Of a stretch of 30,761 nt of DNA, positions 7,801-16,959 are shown piece after piece. The notes under the pieces are model-generated. The model saw nothing but the letters and a program-made list of their open reading frames with translations. It searched no databases and had not been told where the DNA came from. Every line of letters starts with the position of its first letter. Position 1 is the stretch's first letter. The stretch lies in contig CAZHRF010000038.1 of assembly GCA_964534625.1 (NCBI GenBank), forward strand, positions 1 to 30,761, written 5' to 3'. A program made the position numbers and the translations under genes. Source of the DNA: an uncultured archaeon. GTDB lineage: Archaea; Asgardarchaeota; Heimdallarchaeia; Heimdallarchaeales; Heimdallarchaeaceae.

Positions 7801-10621
7801 TAAAAGATTCTTCTACTTGAACGATCTCTTCTGGTGTTCCTTCAGCAACAATGTAACCCCCACCCGCCCCACCTTCAGGACCTAAATCTATAATATAATC
7901 AGCTTGTTTAATTACATCTAAATTATGTTCAATAATAAGCACAGTATTGCCTTGATGTACTAATTCATGTAAAACACGAAGCAATTTTTTAATATCTTCG
8001 AAAGATAAACCTGTTGTAGGCTCATCAAGAATATATAAACAGTCTTTAACGCTCCTTTTTGATAATTCTCGACTGAGTTTGATCCTTTGTGCTTCTCCAC
8101 CACTAAGAGTTGTGGAATTCTGCCCTAATTTAAGATAGTCTAAACCAACGGATTCTAACGTTTTTAAAATCTGCAAAATTTTAGGTTGGTTCTTGAACAA
8201 CTTAGCAGCTGCACTCACAGTTAGATTAAGAACATCAGAAAGTGAATGTTTTTTGTATTTAACTTTTAAAGTTTCATCATCATAACGCTTACCTTGGCAT
8301 GTTTCACATCGAACTTCAACATCTGGTAGAAGACTCATTTCGATTGTTTCATATCCATAACCACCACAAGTTTTACACTGCCCTTTTTTTGTATTGTAAG
8401 AAAATCTTGTCTTTGTAAAACCTCTTACCTTTGCTTCTGGAAGTCGAGCAAATAAATCTCTGATATGATCAAGCACCTTAGTATATGTTGCAGGACAACT
8501 TCGTGGAGTACGACCGATCGGTGATTGATCAATGACTACCACTTTATCTATATTCTCTACTCCGCTTATTTTCTTATATCTACCAGGTATTCTGGCTCCA
8601 TTATGTAATTCATTAACTAAAATAGGATAAAGCGTATCCGCAACCAGACTACTTTTTCCACTCCCCGAAACTCCTGTAATTGCCGTAAACGTATTTAGAG
8701 GCATTTTAACATCAATATTCTTTAAATTATTATGACGAGCACCATATAAAATAATAAATTTTTCTCCCTTTCTTCGCTTTTCAGGAATAGCTATACCATC
8801 TTTACCCAAAAGATATCTTGCTGTGACTGATTGAATAGCATCCATATCGTCTAGTGCATTGGGCGCTTTAGCAAAAAGTAAATGTCCCCCTTTATCACCA
8901 GCTCCAGGTCCCAAATCATATAATATATCAGCTGAACGTAACGTATCTTCATCATGTTCAACAGTAATAACAGTATTACCATTATCTCTCAGCGTTTTAA
9001 GGGAATTAAGTAATCGTTCATTATCCCTATTAGCCAAACCTATACTAGGCTCATCCAAAATATAGGTGACGCCCTGCAGTTTAGAACCTATCTGTGTTGC
9101 TAAACGTGTCCGTTGAGCTTCACCCCCAGATAAAGTAGCTGCACTACGATCAAGGGTTAAATAATGTAATCCTACTTCTATTAAAAAACTTAATCTATTT
9201 TTAATTTCTTTCAATAATGGTTTAGCTATTTTATTTTGTTCGTCTGTTAATTGCATGTTTTTAAAAAATTCTAAAGCAGAAGCTAGATCCAATTTTACTA
9301 TTTCTGCTATATTTTTGTCATGTAATTTAACCGCCAACACATCCCTCTTTAATCTTGAACCTAAGCAAACAGGACATTCAACGATGTCCATCCATTTTTC
9401 AAGTTGGCGTCGTCTACTCTGAGAATTAGTCTGATAATACCCCTGCATAGTATATTCTACAAAACCTTTCCAACGAGTCTTAGAGTCCCATTTCCCTTTA
9501 CTTTTACCATCCTTCGATTCCCATTCGCCCTCGATAGCATAAATACGATTTCCAGTACCATGCATCAAGATATGCTTATGTTCGTCGGGTAAATCTTTGT
9601 AAGGTAAAGTAAGATCCATTCCCCATTCCTCAGCTAACTGTTTTAACGAATTTGTACTCAAAGCATAAGTGAAGTAAGTCTTGCTTTTTGTTTGTGTTCC
9701 TATAGCTCCGTCTAAAACAGATTTATTAGGATCTTCTACAAGTTTTTCAGGCACTACTTGAGGAAACGTGCCTAAACCTTTGCATTTTTTACATCCTCCA
9801 ACAGCTGTGTTGAAAGAAAAATCTCGAGGTTGAAACTCATCAACAGCGATATTGCACTCTTCACAAACAAGTCTAGTGGAATAAGAGCGTTCTTCTTCCT
9901 CTCCCTCAATAATTATTTTTCCTCCTTCTGATAATTCTAAACATAAATTTATACTCTGATGAATAGCTTCTTCATTTTTTCTTTCACAAATAATTCTATC
10001 AACAATAATTTCTATAGTATGTTGCTTATATCTATCAAGTTTGACAGCAATATCATCTAAATTCACTTCCTCTCCATCTACTCGTAACCGATTATATCCT
10101 TCCTCTTGCCACTCTCTCAGTTCTTTTCTGTATTCACCTTTGCGGTTCTCGACCATAGGAGCTAACAACTTAATTTTTTGATCTTCAAACGTAGCAAAAA
10201 CAAAATCTACGATCTGTTCGGGAGGAACAGCAGCTATCCGTTTTCCACAATTCGGACAATGAGGTACTCCTACTCGTGCATATAAAACACGCATATAATC
10301 ATAAACTTCAGTTAAGGTGCCAACAGTAGAACGAGGGTTTCGGCTAATAGTTTTTTGATCTATAGATATAGTAGGTCGCAGCCCATCAATATGTTCCACA
10401 TCAGGACGATCAAAACTGCCAATGAATTGTCTAGCATAAGCAGATAATGTTTCCATATATCTTCTTTGAGCCTCAGAATATATTGTATTAAAAGCAAGCG
10501 AACTTTTTCCACTCCCACTAATCCCAGAGATGACAACAAATTTCTCATGAGGGATCTCTACATTAATATTTCGCAAGTTATTCTCTTTTGCTCCAACTAC
10601 TTTAATCTTGTTTTTTACCAC
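4865..10621 (-). CDS. uvrA: Double-length excinuclease ABC subunit A (two fused UvrA units)
   Basis: 1918 aa with four Walker A motifs (GISGSGKS, GVSGSGKS, GPSGSGKT, GVSGAGKS), four signatures (LSGGE, LSGGE, LSNGE, ISGGE), four DEP Walker B motifs, CxxC zinc sites and two AE.QRR..E.LS.YARQF motifs. Confidence 0.95.
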   Translation of the reverse strand: MVKNKIKVVGAKENNLRNINVEIPHEKFVVISGISGSGKSSLAFNTIYSEAQRRYMETLSAYARQFIGSFDRPDVEHIDGLRPTISIDQKTISRNPRSTVGTLTEVYDYMRVLYARVGVPHCPNCGKRIAAVPPEQIVDFVFATFEDQKIKLLAPMVENRKGEYRKELREWQEEGYNRLRVDGEEVNLDDIAVKLDRYKQHTIEIIVDRIICERKNEEAIHQSINLCLELSEGGKIIIEGEEEERSYSTRLVCEECNIAVDEFQPRDFSFNTAVGGCKKCKGLGTFPQVVPEKLVEDPNKSVLDGAIGTQTKSKTYFTYALSTNSLKQLAEEWGMDLTLPYKDLPDEHKHILMHGTGNRIYAIEGEWESKDGKSKGKWDSKTRWKGFVEYTMQGYYQTNSQSRRRQLEKWMDIVECPVCLGSRLKRDVLAVKLHDKNIAEIVKLDLASALEFFKNMQLTDEQNKIAKPLLKEIKNRLSFLIEVGLHYLTLDRSAATLSGGEAQRTRLATQIGSKLQGVTYILDEPSIGLANRDNERLLNSLKTLRDNGNTVITVEHDEDTLRSADILYDLGPGAGDKGGHLLFAKAPNALDDMDAIQSVTARYLLGKDGIAIPEKRRKGEKFIILYGARHNNLKNIDVKMPLNTFTAITGVSGSGKSSLVADTLYPILVNELHNGARIPGRYKKISGVENIDKVVVIDQSPIGRTPRSCPATYTKVLDHIRDLFARLPEAKVRGFTKTRFSYNTKKGQCKTCGGYGYETIEMSLLPDVEVRCETCQGKRYDDETLKVKYKKHSLSDVLNLTVSAAAKLFKNQPKILQILKTLESVGLDYLKLGQNSTTLSGGEAQRIKLSRELSKRSVKDCLYILDEPTTGLSFEDIKKLLRVLHELVHQGNTVLIIEHNLDVIKQADYIIDLGPEGGAGGGYIVAEGTPEEIVQVEESFTGQSLHKVLKNEQKTISTINGNKTEEQIDLSQWLYLRGAKKHNLKNIEIKLPKNKLITITGPSGSGKTSLAMDTIFAEGQRRFVESLSSYARQFLVKAERGDVEEIIGLTPSIAIDQTNISKNPRSTIATTTEIYDYLRLLYAKIGIIHCPQCNKVLLEQSPIEIADDIIKEYRGRQLTIAAPLANGEPINVKKTLNTVKKAGFNRVVLEGKIHRVESKSSIQKTQNLSVVLDRIKIDETNLTRLNEALETGVKWGNGRIQLFDGEIFVCTCSIYPECIDCGYRAPTDITPRLFSFNHYSGACEKCTGLGYLRELDVNKLIVDDEKSIAEGGIGPYSQNMIENGSPYRRNMLDSVVNKLGFDLYTPLKDLSNEQIQAIFYGFDGEIKFKVERRSSSGSGYEMEQKLEWKGLINRWEEHMKKSSSSWFKSKMQKYYTNHTCPECKGMKLKPGILAIKIGDQSITETASLAIDEFHPFITSLELGKREKKIAENILKELTKRAEYLINVGLSYLTLDRRSATLSNGEAQRINLASQIGSGLVGVTYVLDEPTIGLHPRDIDRLLKTMIELRDAGNNLLVVEHDDRIIRSSDYMLELGPYAGENGGEIVTFGAVSDIFKNGESSLTLDYLKGKKSIPLPTKRRTAENHISISGCKEHNLKNIAASFGKGIITAVTGVSGAGKSTLVIDTVQAALEQKIHEKKNLPGKYTTIEGFEDIKKVIVVDQTPLSSSIRSNPATYMGVFDDIRLFYEALPKAKQLGLKKGHFSFNTKDGQCKECRGLGRKKVELLFLSDVWIQCPVCKGKRYKPNVLSVRYKQKSISDVLDMTVSEASAHFENIDSIRSTLAVLEDVGLDYLQLGQSTNTISGGEAERLKIARELAKRTYGTQVYIMDEPSQGLHFYDIDKLVKILHRLADEGNAVILIDHNMELVKNADHVIDLGPEGGQHGGYVVAEGTPEGVVAQKEGYTWKYLKELLNTIVQY

Positions 10622-10804
10622 TCTAGGACACCATAAAAATGACTTTTTGAACTGAGCTATTTGCGCTTTTTTACTATATAAAGCTGTATATTTCGCGATT
10701 CTATAATCAATAAAACTTGGAGAATGATTTAGTTTTAGTCACGAATAAGACTCAATTGATAGCTAATAACAATGATTTATTAGGACGTAGTACCATAAGA
10801 CCTT

Positions 10805-11452
10805 ATGAATAATCTAAAAGATACCTTAGAATTAATTTTATTATCGGATGACGAAGGTTCATGTTTGCTTTTCCAATCTTTCAGTTCAAATATAGATTAT
10901 AACAAAAAAAACATGTTTACGGGATTCGTTTTTGCGATGAACCAGCTTGCGAATCAAGTGTTCCAATCATCGATTAAAAAATTTGGCACGTCTAAGATGG
11001 ATCTTTATTACTCTGCCGTTAAAATTGCATCTACCAAGAATTTTTTTATTATAATTGGTGCAAAGAAAAACAGTAAGGAAAATGATGTTACTAATAAATT
11101 ACGCGAAGTTAGTGAAGCATTTATAGCAGAATATGAAGACCATGAATTCACTAGCTGTGATGAAGAACTTTTTCTACCCTTTATTAATACAATAGATGCC
11201 ATATTTGGAACTAAAACTACAAGAGTTATTCCTGAACATGCTGAACTATTGCAAATTCTACAAAAAGCAGAGGAAGGAGAATTTTCTGAAAACGAAACAG
11301 TAAGTAGTATTTTAGCATTCTTGGAAAAACTTCCAGAGAATAAACTGAAAGTTATATTACAAAGCACGCTTCATGTGCTTTCTATGTTCATGGAATCGGA
11401 TAGTCTAGAAGAAGAACAAATTAGAAGATTTCATCATATTCTTAATGTTTAG
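10805..11452 (+). CDS. Longin-like domain protein with helical C-terminal extension
   Basis: N-terminal pattern (ILLSDDEGSCLL...MFTGFVFAMNQLA...FIIIGA...LREVSEAFIAEY) resembles Asgard longin/sedlin-like domains; recognised by eye only. Confidence 0.6.
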   Translation: MNNLKDTLELILLSDDEGSCLLFQSFSSNIDYNKKNMFTGFVFAMNQLANQVFQSSIKKFGTSKMDLYYSAVKIASTKNFFIIIGAKKNSKENDVTNKLREVSEAFIAEYEDHEFTSCDEELFLPFINTIDAIFGTKTTRVIPEHAELLQILQKAEEGEFSENETVSSILAFLEKLPENKLKVILQSTLHVLSMFMESDSLEEEQIRRFHHILNV

Positions 11453-11584
11453 ATTCAGGAAACTTATTCAAAAAAGTAGTTGCTATTCGTTGATCCATGT
11501 TATGTTAAAAAAAGTCGTAAATACTAAATAGAAAATAGAAAAAGGAGATACAAAATAATATTACGGAAGACTTTTTTCCAATCT

Positions 11585-12604
11585 TTATTCTTGTTCTAAT
11601 ATTTCTTCCTCATCATCTTGTATTTCATCAATAGTTAAATAAGCTAATGTTTGGTTTAGTAACTGATAAGCTACTTCTCCAAAGGTAATTGGGCCAACTA
11701 TTCCTCCTGTTTTCTTTCCTTCTAATTCTGAATAGAGATAATTGAGAATACAATTACACGAGAAAACTATATTTTCTTTTTCTTGGGGCATATGTTTTAC
11801 AAATTCGTCCACGTAATTCTTTACTTTTTCAGCTTGTCGATATTTTTGTCCTTTAAACACCGGAGCATAAAAATGTACTTCCTTTTTCTCTTCATCGACT
11901 TTTTGGAAACTAACATTTACCATTACGCCAAGATAATCAGCTACCAAGGGTAGTCGTATATCTAAATCGTTTTTCATTATATACATAGCAAAATTTTCTT
12001 TTTGTCCATTTATTAGTGCTTCTGAATGAATAAAACCATCATCTATGAACTCAATTGTATCGCCTGAGCCTTGATTAAAAATATTGACAATTCCAATACT
12101 GGCAAATCTATTTTCGGGGAGACTAGCATGTAATACAACAGCTTGATTTTCTAGGGGGTTTTTTTCTTTTCCTTCAAAAACTTTAGCAGTGATCTTACCC
12201 AGATCATCTAGATGCATGCCTGATATCCATCCAATCAAAGGACGGGTAGCAAAATCTTCATACATTGGAGCATCCAAAGCAAAAGAGAGATGTATTTCAC
12301 TTGATGCGGGTAAAATTATTATGCTAAAACCATTTAATGGGGCGTCTTTGTAGATATTGCTGATAGTATCCACAGTATAAGTTTTTATGTTCATTTTTTT
12401 TACATAATCTGGAATCAGATTCACAAAGATTTTTTCTTTAGTTGACAATCCACCATCACTAGCCATAAAATAAGGGATAGTACCTGCAATCCAATTACCT
12501 TTTGGCAATGTTTTAATGATTTCCTCATCTCCTGCGAGAACAAGAGTTTTACCACTAGAAATTAATTTTTTCACTTCATCAATAGTTAATAACAATTTTT
12601 TCAA
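11585..12604 (-). CDS. DUF6976-type FIST-like putative sensor protein
   Basis: LAGDE...LPKGNWIAGTIPYFM, FYAPVF, FSCNCILNY and GPITFGEVAYQLLNQT motifs; acidic C-terminal tail; TTG start overlaps the upstream stop. Confidence 0.75.
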   Translation of the reverse strand: MKKLLLTIDEVKKLISSGKTLVLAGDEEIIKTLPKGNWIAGTIPYFMASDGGLSTKEKIFVNLIPDYVKKMNIKTYTVDTISNIYKDAPLNGFSIIILPASSEIHLSFALDAPMYEDFATRPLIGWISGMHLDDLGKITAKVFEGKEKNPLENQAVVLHASLPENRFASIGIVNIFNQGSGDTIEFIDDGFIHSEALINGQKENFAMYIMKNDLDIRLPLVADYLGVMVNVSFQKVDEEKKEVHFYAPVFKGQKYRQAEKVKNYVDEFVKHMPQEKENIVFSCNCILNYLYSELEGKKTGGIVGPITFGEVAYQLLNQTLAYLTIDEIQDDEEEILEQE

Positions 12605-12876
12605 CTCCCAAAAATTCTCCGTAAAAAGCCTTTACGCTTGAAAATCTTTTGTAGATCTTTCTTTGCTACTGGATGGTTCTTATTTTTCTCAAAAATTTGC
12701 CTTACTTCATGAGCACATTTTTTAAGTGTTTCTTCACTAGGATCTAGCTGTATTTGTAAACGTTGTCTTGCTAAAAGCAATTTTAGAGGAAAAAAGTCTA
12801 TATCTATATTTATGTCTCCTCTTACAACTTCTAGCCACTTAGAATCATTCACTTGGGGTATTTCCACATTTAACAC
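12601..12876 (-). CDS. Small protein coupled to the FIST-like gene, with C-terminal amphipathic helix
   Basis: 91 aa, 4-bp overlap with the next ORF; ends KRKGFLRRIFGS. Confidence 0.75.
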   Translation of the reverse strand: MLNVEIPQVNDSKWLEVVRGDINIDIDFFPLKLLLARQRLQIQLDPSEETLKKCAHEVRQIFEKNKNHPVAKKDLQKIFKRKGFLRRIFGS

Positions 12877-13183
12877 CTGTTATTATCCTTTTGAATACTA
12901 TTGCACTATACTGGTATATTAACATACGTAAATAGGAAAAAGGTGACTCTCAAATCTTATTTGTATCTAGATAAAACCAGTTCCCAATTACAAAAAAATT
13001 AAAGAGCCTATTTAGTTAGAATTTTTCATTACCCATTCAATTCAGAAATTTATGCTATGCATGCACTATTTCGGAAGTACTAAAAACTGAAAAAAGCTTT
13101 TATATGAAAGAGCTTAAATGGAACTACGTAACACCATACTTATATTATTAAAATTAGAGTCAAAATGAAATCGGGGCGACAGA

Positions 13184-13747
13184 ATGTTTGGTAATTTTTC
13201 AAAATGGCTAAAAGGCAAATTAAAAGCCGAAAGAAAAGCTAAGATACTTATTTTAGGACTAGATGCAGCAGGTAAAACAACCTTGATGAAAAGAATGAAT
13301 ACACAAGAATTTGAAGCAAATCTTAAACCCACTATTGGGCAAAATATAGACTCTTTCAGTTTTAACGACTGGAGAATCACCTCTGTTGATGTTGCTGGTC
13401 AAAAGCAGTTCCGTTTTCTCTGGGAAGTACATTATCCTGGTTGTTCAGCTGTTATTTTCGTAATTGATGCTGCAGATATTGAAAGATTACCTGAAGCAAG
13501 AGATATCTTACGAATACATGTCTTTAACAATCATTATTTAGAACATGTTCCCTTACTTATCCTTGCGAACAAACAAGATCTTCCTGGAGCTATTGAAGCC
13601 CCTATGCTTATACAACTGCTTGGATTACATATGGAACTCAAGAATCAAACCTTTGCAGTTTTTGATTGTAGTGCATTGAATGGAAAAGGTGTAGGAGAGG
13701 CTTTTTCATGGTTAATAGATCAACTTGAAATAAGTAAAGCTGTATAA
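13184..13747 (+). CDS. Arf-family small GTPase (Asgard Arf-related)
   Basis: KILILGLDAAGKTT (G1), PTIG (G2), DVAGQ (G3), ANKQD (G4), CSA (G5), and an N-terminal amphipathic helix MFGNFSKWLKGKL. Confidence 0.92.
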   Translation: MFGNFSKWLKGKLKAERKAKILILGLDAAGKTTLMKRMNTQEFEANLKPTIGQNIDSFSFNDWRITSVDVAGQKQFRFLWEVHYPGCSAVIFVIDAADIERLPEARDILRIHVFNNHYLEHVPLLILANKQDLPGAIEAPMLIQLLGLHMELKNQTFAVFDCSALNGKGVGEAFSWLIDQLEISKAV

Positions 13748-13764
13748 GTAAATAGAAACTAAAT

Positions 13765-13823
13765 TAAATTTTCATTAACTAGAAACTAAATTTTCATTAA
13801 CTAGAAACTAAATTTTCATTAAC
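13765..13823. repeat. 22-bp tandem repeat, about 2.7 copies
   Basis: taaattttcattaactagaaac at 13765 and 13787, partial at 13809. Confidence 0.9.
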
Positions 13824-13920
13824 AAAAAAATTAAAAATTGAAATTTAGAGCATAAAATAAAACTAGAAACAGAATAATCTTAAAGGAGTTCTATAATTAG
13901 ACTATTTAGAGAGTACAAAT

Positions 13921-15024
13921 ATGGAACTTAATATCATTCATAACACAGATTGTATTGAAGGATTGAAAAAATTAGAATCTGAATCAGTAGATTTAGTTTT
14001 TGCTGATCCACCGTATAATTTACAGTTAAATAATGAGTTATATCGCCCAAATCAAAGTAAAGTTGACGCTGTTGATGATGAATGGGATCAATTTACTTCC
14101 TTTACCGCATATGACTCGTTTACATTGAAATGGTTACAACAATGTAAAAGAGTACTAAAACCAGATGGCTCACTCTGGGTAATTGGAAGTTATCATAATA
14201 TATTTAGAATGGGTAAAATTATCCAAGATTTAGGTTTTTGGATCTTAAATGATATTATTTGGATTAAAACCAATCCTATGCCTAATTTTAAAGGAACACG
14301 ATTTACTAATGCTCATGAAACATTGATATGGGCAGCCAAATCAGAAGAGGGAAAACCTACTTTTCACTATAAAGCAATGAAAACTTTTAACGACGATAAG
14401 CAAATGAGAAGTGATTGGTATCTACCTATTTGCACAGGAAGTGAAAGATTAAGAGAAAATGGAAAAAAAGTCCATTCAACTCAAAAACCAGAAGCACTCC
14501 TCTATCGTATCATTCTTTCCACATCCAGCTCTGGTGACCTTATTCTTGATCCCTTTATGGGTACAGGAACAACAGCGGTAGTAGCTAAAAAACTTGGTCG
14601 CCAGTTTATTGGATTTGAACTTGAAAAACAATATATTAAAGCAGCAAACGAGAGACTAAACCAAATACAACCTATTGATACCAATCTTTTAAACTATGAT
14701 ATAGAAAGAAAGCCTCCACGTGTGCCTTTTGGAGCTTTAATTGAAAGAGAATATATAGAGGTTGGAGAAGAAATTTATTCAAAAGATATGAAAGAAAAGG
14801 GAATAATTAATGCCAATTCGTCCATAGAATATGAAGGAATAGTTGGTTCTATTCATCAAATTAGTGCCCACATATTAGGAAGAAAAGCCAATAATGGTTG
14901 GAATTATTGGTATGTAAAAAGAGATGACAAACTAGTTTCAATTGATTATCTCAGAAAAAAATATGCGGAAGAAGAGCTAAATTATACTTTCATAAATGTT
15001 AGTAATCTTAAGAAAAAGGAATAA
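13921..15024 (+). CDS. Beta-class N6-adenine DNA methyltransferase, CcrM/M.HinfI-like (probably GANTC)
   Basis: DPPYNLQL, GSYHNIF, PMPNFKGTRFTNAHETLIW, HSTQKPE and DPFMGTGT motifs, plus the CcrM-type C-terminal domain (RVPFG...GSIH...NGWNYW). Confidence 0.9.
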   Translation: MELNIIHNTDCIEGLKKLESESVDLVFADPPYNLQLNNELYRPNQSKVDAVDDEWDQFTSFTAYDSFTLKWLQQCKRVLKPDGSLWVIGSYHNIFRMGKIIQDLGFWILNDIIWIKTNPMPNFKGTRFTNAHETLIWAAKSEEGKPTFHYKAMKTFNDDKQMRSDWYLPICTGSERLRENGKKVHSTQKPEALLYRIILSTSSSGDLILDPFMGTGTTAVVAKKLGRQFIGFELEKQYIKAANERLNQIQPIDTNLLNYDIERKPPRVPFGALIEREYIEVGEEIYSKDMKEKGIINANSSIEYEGIVGSIHQISAHILGRKANNGWNYWYVKRDDKLVSIDYLRKKYAEEELNYTFINVSNLKKKE

Positions 15025-15124
15025 AGAAAGCAGATATTGGCTCAGGTTCAAAAGATTTCACTTTTATATTGACTTTGACCATTCACACATTTTTTATATG
15101 TAAAAATTAATTAAATAGATGTTT

Positions 15125-15130
15125 AGGTGA
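15125..15130 (+). promoter_or_regulatory. Archaeal-type ribosome binding site AGGTGA of polX
   Basis: 4 nt before ATG 15135; similar GGTGA motifs precede the KamA gene (26153-26157) and gdh (22161-22165, minus). Confidence 0.7.
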
Positions 15131-15134
15131 AATC

Positions 15135-16862
15135 ATGCGTAAAAATGAGAAAATTGCTGATCTACTCTTTAAAATAGCTGACATGTTAGAGTTCAAAGGT
15201 GTTAATTGGGAGCCTCGCGCTTATAGAAAAGCTGCAAGTTCAGTTCAAAATCTTTCTGAAGATATTATGGATTTATGGGAAAAAGGGGGCAAGGAAAGCC
15301 TCAAAAGCATACCCGGTATCGGCGACAGTATAGCTACAAGTATTGAAAATTATCTTACAACAGGGAAAATGGATAAATATGATAAACTTAGAGAAGATGT
15401 TCCAATAGGTGTACATCAAATCATGGGAATTCAAGGTATTGGACCTAAAAAAGCAAAAAAATTATTTGATGAATTACAAATTGAAAGCGTTGAAGATCTT
15501 GAAAAGGCTGTTAAAGCCCATAAAATCCGCGTATTAGACGGTTTTGGTGAAAAATCCGAGCAGAATATCATGAAAGGATTAAAGATGAGTAAAGAAGGGC
15601 AAGAACGTACAACGTTGGATAAAAGATTAGATCTGGCTGAATCTATAGTCTCAACATTAAAGGAGTTAAATGAGGTTAGTAATATAGCCATAGCGGGTTC
15701 TCTCAGACGAATGCGTGAAACAATTGGTGATGTGGACATTCTTGTAAGTGCTACAGATGTTGATGCTGTTATGGACGCTTTTACCACGCTTTCAGATGTG
15801 AAAAGAGTATTAGGCAAGGGTATAACTAAATCATCTATTATTCTCGATCCTGATATTCAAATTGACTTACGCATTTTAGATGCTAACAGTTGGGGAAGTG
15901 GTTTACTCTATTTTACTGGTTCTAAAGACCACAATATTGCTTTACGTAAAGTTGCCATCAAAAATAACTATAAATTGTCAGAATATGGTTTATTTAAGGA
16001 TAAACAAACTATCGCCAGTAAAACAGAAGAAGAAATCTATAATGCTTTAGATATGCAGTGGGTACCTCCTGAACTCAGAGAAGACAGAGGAGAAGTTGAA
16101 GCTGCTTTAGACCATTCTTTACCTAATTTAATTGGCTATGATGATCTTAAAGGTGATTTTCACGTTCACACAACATATAGTGATGGATCCAACACCATTG
16201 AAGAAATGGTTCAAGCATCAATAGAGCGAGAATATGAATATATCTGTATTAGTGATCATTCTAAAAGCGAGAAAATCGCTGGAGGATTGACAGAACATGA
16301 AATTATTGAACAACTTGAAAAGATTCGTACAATTGATGACGAGTTTTCTGATATTAAAGTTTTAGCAGGAGTTGAAGTGAGTGTTCTCAAGGATGGGTCC
16401 TTGGACTTTTCTGATGATATACTGCAACAGTTTGATGTAGTTGTAGCTGGTATTCACTCCCATTTTTCTTTAGATAAAGATGAAATGACAGCAAGAATTT
16501 TACATGTGCTTGAGCAAAATCATGTAAATATTCTTACTCATCCAACTGGACGTATTATTCATAAGAGGGCAGCGTATGATGCAAATTGGAAAGAAATATT
16601 TACGAAAGCTAAGAATAACAATGTCTATATGGGAATTAATTCGCACCCCTCTAGATTAGATTTAAATGATACTATGATAAAAGAAGCAAAGGAAATAGGT
16701 GCCAAATTTTCAATTAATTCAGATGCTCATAGTACGCAAGCACTTTCTTTTGTTAAGTATGGTATTGCTACAGCTAGAAGAGGATGGTTGAAGAAAGACG
16801 ATGTGTTGAACACCCGGTCTTTGAAAGATTTACCTAAAATGTTAAAAAATCTGAATATTTAG
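15135..16862 (+). CDS. polX: DNA polymerase X / PHP 3'-5' exonuclease
   Basis: HhH motifs GIG, GSLRR, GDVDIL and YFTGSKDHN; PHP domain DFHVHT, SDHS, HPTGR and NSDAH. Confidence 0.95.
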   Translation: MRKNEKIADLLFKIADMLEFKGVNWEPRAYRKAASSVQNLSEDIMDLWEKGGKESLKSIPGIGDSIATSIENYLTTGKMDKYDKLREDVPIGVHQIMGIQGIGPKKAKKLFDELQIESVEDLEKAVKAHKIRVLDGFGEKSEQNIMKGLKMSKEGQERTTLDKRLDLAESIVSTLKELNEVSNIAIAGSLRRMRETIGDVDILVSATDVDAVMDAFTTLSDVKRVLGKGITKSSIILDPDIQIDLRILDANSWGSGLLYFTGSKDHNIALRKVAIKNNYKLSEYGLFKDKQTIASKTEEEIYNALDMQWVPPELREDRGEVEAALDHSLPNLIGYDDLKGDFHVHTTYSDGSNTIEEMVQASIEREYEYICISDHSKSEKIAGGLTEHEIIEQLEKIRTIDDEFSDIKVLAGVEVSVLKDGSLDFSDDILQQFDVVVAGIHSHFSLDKDEMTARILHVLEQNHVNILTHPTGRIIHKRAAYDANWKEIFTKAKNNNVYMGINSHPSRLDLNDTMIKEAKEIGAKFSINSDAHSTQALSFVKYGIATARRGWLKKDDVLNTRSLKDLPKMLKNLNI

Positions 16863-16959
16863 GGAATGTAAGTAATAAATGTCTAAAGTGCTAATACAAG
16901 TAAAAACTACTAGATTCTAGCTTTGATCACTTTGTATAAAGGAGTATGTTGATCTCGTC

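Noticed and set aside
16631-16640. PolX PHP motif reads GIN instead of the usual EIN
   Set aside because: Single-base difference with the other metal ligands intact; the effect cannot be judged from sequence.
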